A DNA stretch of 63,322 nt, filler included, from Nemertoderma westbladi (lineage: Eukaryota; Animalia; Xenacoelomorpha): assembly GCA_032718475.1 (NCBI GenBank). It is 3 parts of 3 records of this genome, joined end to end, with 100 filler letters (N's around TTAATTAATTAA, not from the genome) between each part and the next. Parts side by side here need not be neighbours in the genome. Positions count along the whole stretch, not along the records: positions 23,385 to 52,637 come from JAUCBJ010001882.1; 2 more parts are not named here. The stretch is one strand, 5' to 3'. Positions 34,307 through 45,457 of the stretch are shown piece by piece (the stretch's first letter is position 1; each line of letters begins with the position of its first letter). A program made the position numbers and the translations under genes. A model generated the notes under the pieces. The model did not search any database, was not told the origin of the DNA, and saw only the letters and a list, made by a program, of their open reading frames with translations.

Positions 34307-36813
34307 AAACTCCTATAGCAAACCCTATTAAGGGTGATTATAAACCTGTTGTTAATGATATTCCCTATAGACCTGATAATGATCCGAGAAATTTATATAC
34401 CGATAATTCGATATTGAATAACACGATGGCCCAAGAAAGATTTACGTGTCAGATGGCTAGAACAGAAGCCCGCCAAGCGGTCAAAGTGGGAGAGATCGTC
34501 AAATTCAATGGAGATGAGATGAAATGGTTACCTTTCAATGAATATTACAAAGATAGCATACAGAACTCTGTACTATCTAACGGAGAGAAACTTAGGTTCC
34601 TCATCAAGTGCTTGGAAGGACCTCCCAAGTTAATGGCGTTAAAGTTTATTGGACATCCAGAGGGATTAAGACAAGTTTGGGATACATTAAACATCAGGTA
34701 TGGTAACAAGGATAACATAGCTAAGTATTTGTATGCAAAATTAGTAGCCCCCCGAAACTTCCTTAGTAGCGGGATTATAGAGTTTTCCGATGAGATTCAG
34801 GAGATCTGTAGACAATTGGATTGGTTAGGTAAGTCTCAGGAATATCAGAGTTCCATGGTTATTGGAGCCGTAGTCTCTACTTTACCAAAGGGTGGAGTAT
34901 GTACACGCTGGGACAAGAAAGTGTTGTATATGAATGAGCAGCAACGACGAGGCCCTACTATGGCTGATCTCATGTCCTTCTTAGATAGTGAAGTAAAATT
35001 ACAACTCATAAAGCAGTCCAGAGAGAAAACATCGGAAAATAAGGTAAGTGAGAAACCCATTTCTAGGAGAAGGGTAACACCAGTGTGTTATACTGACGAC
35101 GGCGAAAGCCAAGCTTCTCAAGAAGAGGACAGCGGGAAAGACACAGCAAAATCTTACTATGACAACAAGACCTATAAAGACGTAAGTAAATATAAGTCTC
35201 GAACCAGTGACAGGAGAGAACAGGTAACAACAACTCCTCCTACGTCTCCTAAGAGAATTCACGGAAGAAAGCCCGAAGAAAGAACGAGAGTGCATAACGT
35301 TACCCAAGGTAAGGTGAGTAACATCAAACCAAAATGTGCGCTGTGCGACGGGCCCCACCGTTTGAGTGTGTGTGCTGAATTCCTAAAGAAATCCCTGGTA
35401 GACAGACGTGAAGTCATGTGGGATAAGCGGTTATGCTATAATTGCCTCAGACAAGGACACCAACGGCGAACCTGTTACTCCGACGTAAGGTGTGCAAAGT
35501 GCGGTGTGAAACATCACATCTTGTTACACAGTGAATTCGAACGAAACAACCCGAGTCAGGTAAGTGAGCCCGAACTACATGTCCAATTCAGTGATGTGAA
35601 CGACACTGACCAAAGTTCTGAGATGGAAGGATTCTATACGGACGAATTCTCCGACCAAAGTTCTGAAATGGAAGGATTCTATACGGACGAATTCTCAGAC
35701 GAAAACGAATCCTGTTACCTAATAAATACCGCAGTGTATCGAGCACTTACGTATGAAAAGGACACTGACCATGAGTTCCCCCCAACTACCTTTGACAGAC
35801 AACCATCTTGGAAACCTCCAACTTCCAACGTAGGAATCAGAGAATTTCCTGTAGTGCAGGTAAGAGTTCAAGGTCCTAACAAAAGTTACATAGTGAACGC
35901 CCTCCTTGACTCCGGCAGCACAGGAACATTCATCGATCAAGAACTAGCCGAAGACATCTTTGCTGGACAACCCAAATTCCAAACTAAGTTGAATATGTCA
36001 GGAATTATGCAGGTTTGGAAATCTACCATAACGGCAGATTACTATGTAGGTGCGTTGTCCACCCCCCAGGATAAATTAGGAGAACAAAGTATAAGGTCAG
36101 TAAAAATGGTGGCTATAAAGAACTTCGCTACTACCCAAGTAGAACCTTATAACTGGGACGAGGACGAGAGCATCCAGCAGCTTAAGATACCTCGATTCCA
36201 CACAGATTATCCTGGAGTGCAAATACTCATCGGCCAAAACGCGCATGAGGCGCTAGAAACATTGGAGAAACGGCCTGCTCAACCACAGCCACTACAAACC
36301 TATGCGGTAAGAACTAGAGTAGGTTGGTACTTCACTGGCCCTTCCCGTAGAACTCTCAAAGAGAGATTACCTCAACAACAGGTATACCAAGCAAAGGAAT
36401 GGGAAGTGGAGAGCAGTGAGGTGGACGACCCAACTGAGGGAACACCATACTCCTCAGATAATGACGATATTAACTCCAATGTAGATCAATGGAGACATTG
36501 CCTTGGGACGATTAATCCAGCCGACATCGCTTCCAGAGGAGCAACTCCTCAAGAACTGATAGAAACTCCAGGCTGGTTAGGTGGATCCGACTTCTTAAGT
36601 AAAGAAGAAGAAGAATGGCCTCCTCATCTTACCCCGGCGGAGATTAGACAGGCCAAGGGAGCGGAGAAAGTAACACAACAACTCAATCGCCCAGCTGGTC
36701 GTTTATGTTTACTGGAAAGAAACCGAAAACTGTCCGGAAACTATGGAAGGCAAGATACTCTTCCTACGACCACTTCCCTAATCCGACAAATATCTAGGGA
36801 CTCCATAACGTAA
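34228..36813 (+). CDS. BEL/Pao Gag core, triple zinc knuckle and aspartic protease, with RNase H and integrase-tail remnants
   Basis: KFNGD..W..F..EKLRFL..CLEG (DUF1759-like); CALCDGPH..C, CYNCLRQGH..C and CAKCGVKHHILLH; ALLDSGS..TRVGWYFTGP; QWRH..NPADIASRG..W..G..FL..WP; LNRPAGRLCLLE. Confidence 0.93.
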   Translation: MCQPVRSEVLHAQGVEPTRIYTASEVETPIANPIKGDYKPVVNDIPYRPDNDPRNLYTDNSILNNTMAQERFTCQMARTEARQAVKVGEIVKFNGDEMKWLPFNEYYKDSIQNSVLSNGEKLRFLIKCLEGPPKLMALKFIGHPEGLRQVWDTLNIRYGNKDNIAKYLYAKLVAPRNFLSSGIIEFSDEIQEICRQLDWLGKSQEYQSSMVIGAVVSTLPKGGVCTRWDKKVLYMNEQQRRGPTMADLMSFLDSEVKLQLIKQSREKTSENKVSEKPISRRRVTPVCYTDDGESQASQEEDSGKDTAKSYYDNKTYKDVSKYKSRTSDRREQVTTTPPTSPKRIHGRKPEERTRVHNVTQGKVSNIKPKCALCDGPHRLSVCAEFLKKSLVDRREVMWDKRLCYNCLRQGHQRRTCYSDVRCAKCGVKHHILLHSEFERNNPSQVSEPELHVQFSDVNDTDQSSEMEGFYTDEFSDQSSEMEGFYTDEFSDENESCYLINTAVYRALTYEKDTDHEFPPTTFDRQPSWKPPTSNVGIREFPVVQVRVQGPNKSYIVNALLDSGSTGTFIDQELAEDIFAGQPKFQTKLNMSGIMQVWKSTITADYYVGALSTPQDKLGEQSIRSVKMVAIKNFATTQVEPYNWDEDESIQQLKIPRFHTDYPGVQILIGQNAHEALETLEKRPAQPQPLQTYAVRTRVGWYFTGPSRRTLKERLPQQQVYQAKEWEVESSEVDDPTEGTPYSSDNDDINSNVDQWRHCLGTINPADIASRGATPQELIETPGWLGGSDFLSKEEEEWPPHLTPAEIRQAKGAEKVTQQLNRPAGRLCLLERNRKLSGNYGRQDTLPTTTSLIRQISRDSIT

Positions 36814-37359
36814 TAACATATGGAGTGGGCGTGTGACTATATCATTTAAATTTGTTTTTATTTTATATTTATGTATGTATTATTATGTAATTTTATTATA
36901 ATCGTTTTCTTTAATTTTATTTAGTAGAATGTTATTTTAGTGATTATTTAGTAGATTAGTGCAATATATTAGTGTTTATTACGTACGTAATTACTTATAA
37001 TATATATTTAGTGCGACGGCGAGAAATAATTATTTTCTCTTTCCTTACTGTCCGTATCATATTATAAATACGTGACTACAGTAAGATGAAATGTCCGTAC
37101 TTATTAAAGTACAATAAAGCCACTACTATATTCAAGTATTATTGGTAGGCAGAGTATTAGGAATGCAAAGTTCAGATCCTCATGTCTCGGCTAAACCAAG
37201 CTCTGGGTAGACCTTGGAAACGACTTGTCTCTTCACACTGACATTGCTTCGTGCGATATTGCTCTTCTACCTTATATTAAATAATACATATAGTAGCGTG
37301 ATGTCCCTATAACAGTAGCGTAAAACGCAAATAAATCTGTTAAACCTTTTGACCATCTG

Positions 37360-37630
37360 TAATTCTAGTCGATTAAGATATCGCGGCACCCACCGATATA
37401 CTTGAAAGACAAATTCTAGAATCAGTGGTTAACATCCCCAGACAAGTTCTGGAATAAATCGGTGCCCATCTTAAATATTAATTTAATATTTATTAAAATC
37501 TGTAAAATTCAGATCCTTTAAAATTTCTAGTCAATTAAGATATCGCAGTACTTACCGATACTCTTAAAAGACAATTTTATAGAATTAAGGATCCTATGTC
37601 CCCAGACATGCTCTGGAATAAAATTGTGTC
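37360..37630 (+). repeat. ~160-bp diverged duplication in the element's 3' non-coding region
   Basis: TTCTAGTCRATTAAGATATCGC...ACCGATA...CCCCAGACA...CTGGAATAAA occurs twice. Confidence 0.7.
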
Positions 37631-38440
37631 AATTTTACCATCAAATAATAAAATTCACGGGAATAAATTTAAATTCATATCTTAAATGAATTTCATAAAT
37701 TGTCATTTTGTGCAATTTATAACATTCCCAAAATTCCATTAATTAATAGATCATGGGAGCGGAGATTCAACCTATTGAGTGTATTAGAGTGCGAGAATCT
37801 CCAACATATAGTCAATAGCCGATAAAATTAATAAAATCATGCATAAAGAGGATATTGACAGTTAAAGAATTACTATTAAATAGCATCCCAGATCTGTATG
37901 CATGAGAATTACCCTAATTCTACCGCTAGCTTTCCATAATGTCACCATAGCAACACCCACGCTAGAATTAGAAGCAAGTTAAAAGAACAGTAGAAAGCTT
38001 GTCCCCTTGCCTAGCATAGAGAACACATAGCACACTGTTAGTATCCAAGGATACACAGTAATAACGTGACATTCTGGAAGGCACTGACTAACGGACAAAT
38101 GGCCTGTATGTGTACAATTAGTGACAGTTGTGTGGAGTTTGTGTGTTTATAGGTGAATGTTACTGCTAAAGTATGTTTACAGTAGCTAGTCGCAATTGTG
38201 AAAGTAGCCCAACTCTCCTATAGAAAGAACCTAAAGTGGATTCAAGCCTTTGGGACGGACAGTGGAGTGACTTGTGCCGGTTATCGTTGTCGTGCTGTTG
38301 CTACATGTTGGCGTAAACACCTCGACGACGGTACATCGGCGCTGAGAATCCCACTGTCCGGGGGCAAAGAAAGGTAGGCAGCGACGCCCGCTCGCCTAAA
38401 CATAAACTCTTTATAATATTAATAAACCCAAATAGCAGAT

Positions 38441-38812
38441 ATGACGGAGTTGATAGAAGATGATCTTGGTATCAGGGAGCGATATACTCTACCTTTACAA
38501 GCATTTGTGGATAGCTTGATACGCGGTGAAGCCGATCCAACCATTACGGAGGACGATGGTCGTTATATCGAACCGCCGATGTCCCAAGAGCAACTTACGC
38601 GTGAATTGGACTATCGAAAATTCACCGCTCGCTATACGCATCGTAATGGTACATATAGGGACTTCTTAACTACCGGCCATCCTATCGATTTACATGATAC
38701 GGACGATGTAGACACCGAAAGGGAAATGGTTCTATTTAAATATCATACCCAGCGGAGTCGTAACGATAAACCGAGAATAGAACACGAAAATTCTATTCGT
38801 AACAGACTGTAA
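38441..38812 (+). CDS. Accessory ORF of the LTR element, unknown function (123 aa)
   Basis: ATG ORF in a CpG-rich block inside the element; no motif recognised. Confidence 0.45.
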   Translation: MTELIEDDLGIRERYTLPLQAFVDSLIRGEADPTITEDDGRYIEPPMSQEQLTRELDYRKFTARYTHRNGTYRDFLTTGHPIDLHDTDDVDTEREMVLFKYHTQRSRNDKPRIEHENSIRNRL

Positions 38813-39386
38813 AGAGAAAACGTTGAATAACCGGATAAACGTATCGATTTCAACGACTACCTAGAATTTTGAGAGAAACTTATCTCAACATCGCCAGTCA
38901 GCAGAACCTAGAGACTCGATATCCTCAAGGTATACATCATGACCCTATGGTAGAACTCAAACGGATCTACTTCACTATGATGTATCTTACCACCGCTTAT
39001 CCCGGATAGTTTTGAACAAATGGAAGAATATTGCGGAGCTGGAGAACGATCACCCGCATTTCCTCTACAGGACGTATGTCTTTGGTATTGTTGTGACGAG
39101 TGCCCTAGACCCAACCAACAAACTGAAAGACATAAACATCCGCGGAGACGTTGCGCTAAACACAGTTTTACGCATTATACTTACGGGAGTTTCGAGCGAA
39201 ACCTGTTCGACGTATCACCTATGATCGCTCGTCTTAAACGATCACTAAATAAACCCATGATCAGAGTTCCGGAATACTCGGTCAGGCCTCCTCATTCCCC
39301 AGTGAGACCTCGGACTCTTGGTCCTGGCAGTATCACTGATCCTCCCGAACTATATTCGCTGTTCCTATTTCCACGAAAAACCGGCG

Positions 39387-40235
39387 ATGGAAATTTATTG
39401 TGCATATTGCAGACTCAATAACTTGCACATTTTTGCGGTTTGCCCTCAATTTATGACTCAATGTCACCATTGTCAACTAAAGGGACACGCCAGTTTCGAT
39501 TGCCCTTTTAATCACGATTTGGAAAGCGTAGATGAAATGATTACACTACGTTACATCAGAGCTTGGGAAGCGAACGCTGATTTACATTGTGATTCGCGCC
39601 ATCGCTATTATCCTGGACGCGCTTACGAAGGAGTTTATGCGTTCCATCCTTATCTATTCGCTTCTGTCGAACAGAAATCACGCATATCGAGTTACGAACT
39701 ACTGAAGCGCGTCGGAGAATGTATTTCAACCAAGTTCGTACGCAAATTTCTCAGGAGTATTAATCCTAGCGACATTCACTCCTATAACTTAATCAATTTT
39801 ATCCGTCAGGATCCGAGCTATGGAGACTTATTTGTTAACTCACACCCCGAGTTACAGGAAGTATATCGACGGCCTTACGAATACCGAGCCCGCGAACGCG
39901 AGTTGGAAAGAACCATTAAACCCAGGAAGTTTCTGACTGCCTATGGTCCACCCACGGCTCTCGTTCATACCACTCGTAAAGGACCCTTAAGAGCGGCCGT
40001 CCTAAAACGCGCTCTAAAGGCTGTTAGACCCCTCTCCCCCGACGTTGATGTCAACCAACCCGGCAATTCGACCGGCGGATACACCGACCCTAATCCTGCA
40101 CCCTCTGAGGCAATCATATTGCACCCTTCACCCAGGAGTTATAGCCCTCCTTGTAAAGTGGCTCGCCCCAAAGAGAAAAAGACTCTGGCTAGCTTTAAAA
40201 AACTGCGTAAACGCCGTCCACGCAAGAAAGACTAA
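39387..40235 (+). CDS. Accessory twin zinc-knuckle protein with basic C-terminus
   Basis: First ATG at 39387; CAYCRLNNLHIFAVC (Cx2Cx5Hx4C) and CHHCQLKGHASFDC (Cx2Cx4Hx4C); ends KKLRKRRPRKKD; stop 78 nt before the 3' LTR. Confidence 0.65.
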   Translation: MEIYCAYCRLNNLHIFAVCPQFMTQCHHCQLKGHASFDCPFNHDLESVDEMITLRYIRAWEANADLHCDSRHRYYPGRAYEGVYAFHPYLFASVEQKSRISSYELLKRVGECISTKFVRKFLRSINPSDIHSYNLINFIRQDPSYGDLFVNSHPELQEVYRRPYEYRARERELERTIKPRKFLTAYGPPTALVHTTRKGPLRAAVLKRALKAVRPLSPDVDVNQPGNSTGGYTDPNPAPSEAIILHPSPRSYSPPCKVARPKEKKTLASFKKLRKRRPRKKD

Positions 40236-40304
40236 CTGTTTAGAGTATTTACGTATATTAGAAACTGTGATTTTGTATATTTTATAGACTTAAATCCCAT
40301 TTTC

Positions 40305-40313
40305 TGGGAGCGG
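40305..40313 (+). promoter_or_regulatory. Polypurine tract
   Basis: TGGGAGCGG immediately before the TG of the 3' LTR. Confidence 0.75.
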
Positions 40314-41243
40314 TGTAAAAGCTTCTGTGGGATATAACTGGCCCTTTTGCTTTGCAATCCAGTTTCCCCCCAGGCGCTGGAATACTCTAAAAGGCTCACT
40401 AACTCGAATGATACAAGCGACCGGCTGATTGGCTGATTTGCTGTACGAGGGGCTCTTTGCTATGTTCTATCGGCCAACCAGAGCTATAGCAGCAGAGTAT
40501 GCAACCAGGACAACCGAGCGGAGTGACTCATTTTGTGTGCTGGCCAAGGGATGCCAAAATCCTGATAGTTCGGCATTTAGACATTCGTGGAACCTGTGGA
40601 TTCTGGTGTTCTGCCAATGAGAGCTATTCCTCTCTGTGTAAAAGATACCTGCAACGGTGTTAGAGTCAGAGAGTTCTGGTTACTGTTGTGTTGTTTCTAT
40701 CTAGGCCAGGAACACCGGCTCTAGAGTCAATTCGTTTCAGACTTTAGAAGAAACATTAGTAGGCTTAAGATTATAGAGCGTATAACTGTTATCAGTCCAT
40801 ATCATATATCACATATCATAACTTGTCATATCATATCTTAACCTACCGTCTTAATGTTTTTACTGTTGTCATATTTTGTATCAGTTGGTTGAATACTATT
40901 TGGAGAACATTTATAAAGAACCCAAATTTCCCAATTTTCTTGATATACTACAGGTTAGAGAGACGGGTTATATATAGCGATTGCGACTTATATTATTGTG
41001 GTTTGTAGTGAATTTAATGCTATTTGATAAGCACTACATGAGTCAGTTGCTGTTTTCTTTATATATGATAAAATTCATTGACGGTCGGCAAATTAGTGAG
41101 CAGTATTGTGTGTTACCGGTAGTGTGCATGATTGTGGCTGATAACTAAGCATTTCCTAAAGAATGCGCCTCATACGTGAATCATAAATAAGCCATATAAA
41201 TTTTGGCAGGTTAAACTGCTAAAGGTCTTCAAAAGCGCGTACA
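40314..41243 (+). repeat. 3' LTR (930 bp)
   Basis: TGTAAAAGC...CGCGTACA followed by TSD CGGGG. Confidence 0.95.
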
Positions 41244-41248
41244 CGGGG

Positions 41249-42320
41249 GGTGGTTGATACAGGTGGTATTTTACCATAGAGCAATCCAACCTCCTTAGCA
41301 GCCCTCTTCACTTTATTCATTAGGAGCTACGCATCTGTTAGAGTATTAGAGAGCAGGGCGATGTCATACGCAAAGTCGGTGTCTGTGACCAGATCTTCAC
41401 CCTTTGTGGCAGTCCTCATTGCGTAATCTAGCACAATTACAAATAGTAATGGTGCTAATGTGTTACCTTGCAGTGCGCCAGTCAGGATTGAGAAAAACTC
41501 AGTTTCACCATCTAGTGAGAGTACCTGAGCTTCTGTGTCACAATATAACAATCCAATGCCAGCCACAATTACCTCTGGTATTCCATAAGCTCTTAGAATT
41601 TCCAGCATTTTACCTCTATGGATTGAGTCGAATGCCTTCTTGAAATCCACGAAAGTTATGACTGCGGGGAGATTCTTCGACTTAATTCCCTTAATCAGTC
41701 TCCGTAGCGCAAGTATCTGAGCTGTTGTTGATCTACTTGGTCGAAATCCGTTTTGGCTCTTACGTAGCAGTTTTTCTATGTGAGGCCTAATCCTATATAG
41801 AATCATTTAATTGTATATTTTGGAAGCTACAACAAGCAGACAGATTCCACGATAGTTTGTTGGTAAACCGAAGTCTCCTTTCTTGGAGAGAGGCTTTAGT
41901 TCACCTTCAGTCCAAATTGGTGGTGGCTTTTCCCCTTTCAGCATCCGGTTGCAAACATGTTTGCAAACTGTTTAGCACTCCTGCTTTCCATACTACTACT
42001 AGGATCGGCATGCTGCATTGCAGCTGCATTTTTAAGAATGCTGTGCCGGCTTGTCAACAAAATTGCACCGCCACAACTCCCTATCACCCATGACATTTGC
42101 TAGATCATCCGCATCTTTAACGCCGTACTTAAGGCCTGCTTTCCATACCTCCGCTGGAATTTCATCTAATCCACTAGTTTTATTATTGGACATGCTTTTA
42201 ATGCTTCTTTGGAGTTCGGCAGGAGTGAGTCCCCTGTCTCTATAGGTATATAGTGTCTTGTCATATATTTTACTTGTAGGGCAGACCTCGATGTATGGTG
42301 GCTGTCTCTTCTGGAATACT
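41249..42320 (-). mobile_element. RTE-type LINE family B, RT region (continuation of 28981-29224)
   Basis: QNGFRPSRST, FVDFKKAFDS, GALQGNTLAP and FAYDIALL; same family as 24455-25880. Confidence 0.9.
41994..42134 (-). mobile_element. 5'-truncated RTE family A copy nested in the family B copy
   Basis: (TAG)n tail on minus; 14-bp TSD CCTGCTTTCCATAC (41980-41993, 42135-42148). Confidence 0.85.
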
Positions 42321-45043
42321 GAGTCTTAATTTGTTGGCTCCCCCACTATTCTTAATCTTATTACCCCACATCAAAACGTTTTACCTCCCTACTCCTTACT
42401 GGCTGAAAGCTAAAGATCGAAATCAAAAATAAATATTCCGCCTCACCCATTAAGAAGCAGTGAGGTCAAACTAATTTTATTTCAATTTCATACAAGGACA
42501 ACTCTACCACTGCAGTAGAGTTGTCCTTGATTTCATCCAATCTCATTACGATTTGTAGAAAATTAGTGGGCAACCCATTGAATTAAGACGCTGCATTATT
42601 TGAGATTGCGTAAGTACCTAGTTAGAGACCAAGTGGAAATATAGGTATTTACCAATAATATTTTTGAATTTAGTTATTTACGAACGTTGTTCAAAAATTG
42701 TACTAATTGAAATGAACCATAAAAAAATGTTCTAGGAAACGTTTTATTGTAAAATCCTTCAAAAAATTTAATAATAATATTTAAAAAACGTGTGCCTACT
42801 AAATTTAGTAGGTGGAATGCAGCCTACATGGTTGTATATTTAGTAGGACATGGTTCTACGTTCCATCAAGTTCTAAAATAAAACACAGTATTGAAGTTCT
42901 AACAAGTAAATGATTAAATAATACAGACAAATGCGGAATTTACAGCCGCTTCCCGCTACATATAGGCTGATGTTCTTATTGAGTTATTATTGCGTTAATT
43001 TGGGTTTGAATCCCCTTTGCAGATGGTTTTTCTCTGTAATACGGTCCGAGTTTCTATATCTATCGATTGCTTTCGTTCGCAATAGTTGCGTTTACCCCAT
43101 TAGGGTTTTTGCCACAAAGAAATATGATTGTGCCAAATGGATAAATAATTGGCAGTATTTTTAATGGCCGCTATTCATTATTACAGAGCAGTTTCTTATG
43201 CAGTGTTTAAAAATATTTAAGCTCTATGTTGAGGTGTTGTATTAGACTGGGGTGTTAATTGATTTTGTCAATTGATTCAATTGATTTGCTTTAAATGTCT
43301 AATTATTTAGTGAGGGTCCAAACATCCTTTGCGCTGATATGTAACATTATTCGCTACAAATATTTTAAATATTAATAAATAATAGTTAAAGTTGTGTTCA
43401 CCAATATTTATAGTAATTTATAACTGAAAATAATATAAAATAGACAGTCAATTAACAAAGAATCGTGAAAGAAAACAATACGAATGGAATACCTCTTGCG
43501 ATTCGATTTTATTTACAAAACTAATTTTTTTAATATCGTGTGAGTAGAATATAATAATATAAATACTAATAGGGGAACGTGTTAAGTAAAATGTTAGGCC
43601 TACTTTTCGTTTCATAGATATTGATTTCAAAATAAATCACATTGATTGCTGCTGACAGCTATTGGTGTTGCTACGTGGTTAGATAGAATAGAAAATCATT
43701 GAGATTTGTTATTCACTGAGTGAGTAATTTAATAAACACAAAAAGTTTCTGATGAGCTGTACTCCAACTCAACTTCAATCGATATTTATGTAGGTTACTG
43801 TAATTACTTGAGAGAATTTTAAATCGAAATCCTGAAACTTTAAGATTCCATCTGCGTGGATAAACTGGCGTGGGAATACAGAAGTTGTCGAAATATTGTA
43901 GGTTGAAAGGCAGAGTTTGAGGTCTAGGAAGATGAGTTAATGTCATCGGAACGCGCTCTACCCACCACACTCCATTATGAATGCAATTTTAAAAGGTTTA
44001 ATTTGGTTCCGTTGAACAATAACCGCATAGGTTTTCGCCACACAAAGTGTTGCTTTTTGTGTGACATGATATTATTGTTGTAATCCAAGCGAGAGTGTTG
44101 GAAACACGTCGCAGAATCGGCTAATGTAATTATTATACTGTAAAGTGCGGAGGGCTCCAGAAGTAGGCCGCTACATCCTCGTTTCTCAGTCCAATTAGGA
44201 ATCTCAGATGAGGTTAGGTGGTTGGGTGAGTGGAACCTGTAACATCCAGGATTGCGGGCCTCCCGGGGATTCGTAGCCAACCCGAACCGCGAACATCCCT
44301 GCTCGGGATTTCTACCTCTTGGACCGAACAACCCTCGTTATAAACTCTTGGTTACACTTTCACAGGAATTAAGTGTCAGGCATTGTGGATTTAAACACAT
44401 TCTTTGTTTTGCCTCGTCGGGCCTTTTGGTGGGTAAATAATTATCTCTCTTTGCTCGGCTTAAATTCTAGACAGGACAAAGAGTCCTGGTAATTAATTTC
44501 TTGATTTAATCTTGTCACTAACACAAAATGTTTAAAAGTATTTAACTTAATAACAATTTAATGTTCGCGAATTTCAATTTACCTCACCTAAGCGTGTTAT
44601 TATTTTTACTGTATTATCACAAATAACTTATTAAGGAATGTCAGTAAATGGGAGGAAATGGGCGTTTCATTGAGATAATCAGATAATTATAGTTTATTGT
44701 TTTGGTTAGAATAACGTGCCACTTTCACCTGCTCCTTTCCTTTAATTTATCATTTAACATTGAGACGATATGTTAATTAAACGAGATGGGATTTGCGTCA
44801 CGTTTCCAATACCCCAATTTATCGATTTGCATTATGCATCCTTTGCCCTCACCATTACTGACAAATTTCGTATTTAGTACCAGGTATTAAATAAGTATTG
44901 ACTAACAATATCTTCCTATTGGCTATACAAATTATTTGTGATTACAAAACAAAGGTATAAACTATTTTATTGTAAAAAATAACTTTACGAGTTCTTGAAA
45001 ACATTTATAAACGAAGGGCGAATAATCAGAAACTGCAGAGAGA

Positions 45044-45457
45044 ATGACGGAATTCTCAGAAAATAACGGATTGTGTCCGAAACCGGGTGGCGACGGCCAA
45101 GCCCCGTTGCTAAGCAACGGCGTGATCCCGTCGACGCCCGAGTACGACGACGACGAGGAGGTCACCACGACCCCGTACTGCCCCTACCCGGGCGCCCACA
45201 ACTTCGACTACACCGACTACCGGCCTATTAGGTTGGAACGACGGAGACTCCAGAAGATAAAACGACTCAAAGTTCTCATCGCGGCTGTAGCTGCCCTCGC
45301 GGTGCTCTCCCTGTGCGTGGGGTTCGCGATCGGTTACTATGTGGGTCAGACGTGGGCGGACGAGACAACCGCCGCCGCCTCAACCTGCTACTGTCCAACG
45401 CCATCCAGCGGTTCCGTCACGAACTCTGCACAATTTGGTGTCAATTTTTCAGCGTAA
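45044..45457 (+). CDS. Type II membrane protein N-terminus (probable first exon)
   Basis: CpG-rich ORF; cytoplasmic tail, basic stretch RRRLQKIKRLK, then TM VLIAAVAALAVLSLCVGFAIGYYVG. The splice donor is uncertain and the family is not recognised (the TM end loosely recalls TfR/NAALADase). Confidence 0.65.
   Translation: MTEFSENNGLCPKPGGDGQAPLLSNGVIPSTPEYDDDEEVTTTPYCPYPGAHNFDYTDYRPIRLERRRLQKIKRLKVLIAAVAALAVLSLCVGFAIGYYVGQTWADETTAAASTCYCPTPSSGSVTNSAQFGVNFSA

Larger units (their letters stand above)
29225..41243 (+). mobile_element. Non-autonomous BEL/Pao LTR retrotransposon
   Basis: TG...CA LTR pair; 5-bp TSD CGGGG (29220-29224, 41244-41248); PPT TGGGAGCGG before the 3' LTR; BEL-type gag and protease. 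Confidence 0.95.

Noticed and set aside
39318-40235. env gene
   Set aside because: From the first ATG there is no signal peptide or TM anchor; the protein has zinc knuckles and a basic tail instead.
44215-44335. SRP (7SL) or telomerase RNA
   Set aside because: The Alu-like TGTAA motif and the helix-8-like GAAA..AGCAG lie on opposite strands; the CCTAACC template-like match is too short to support.
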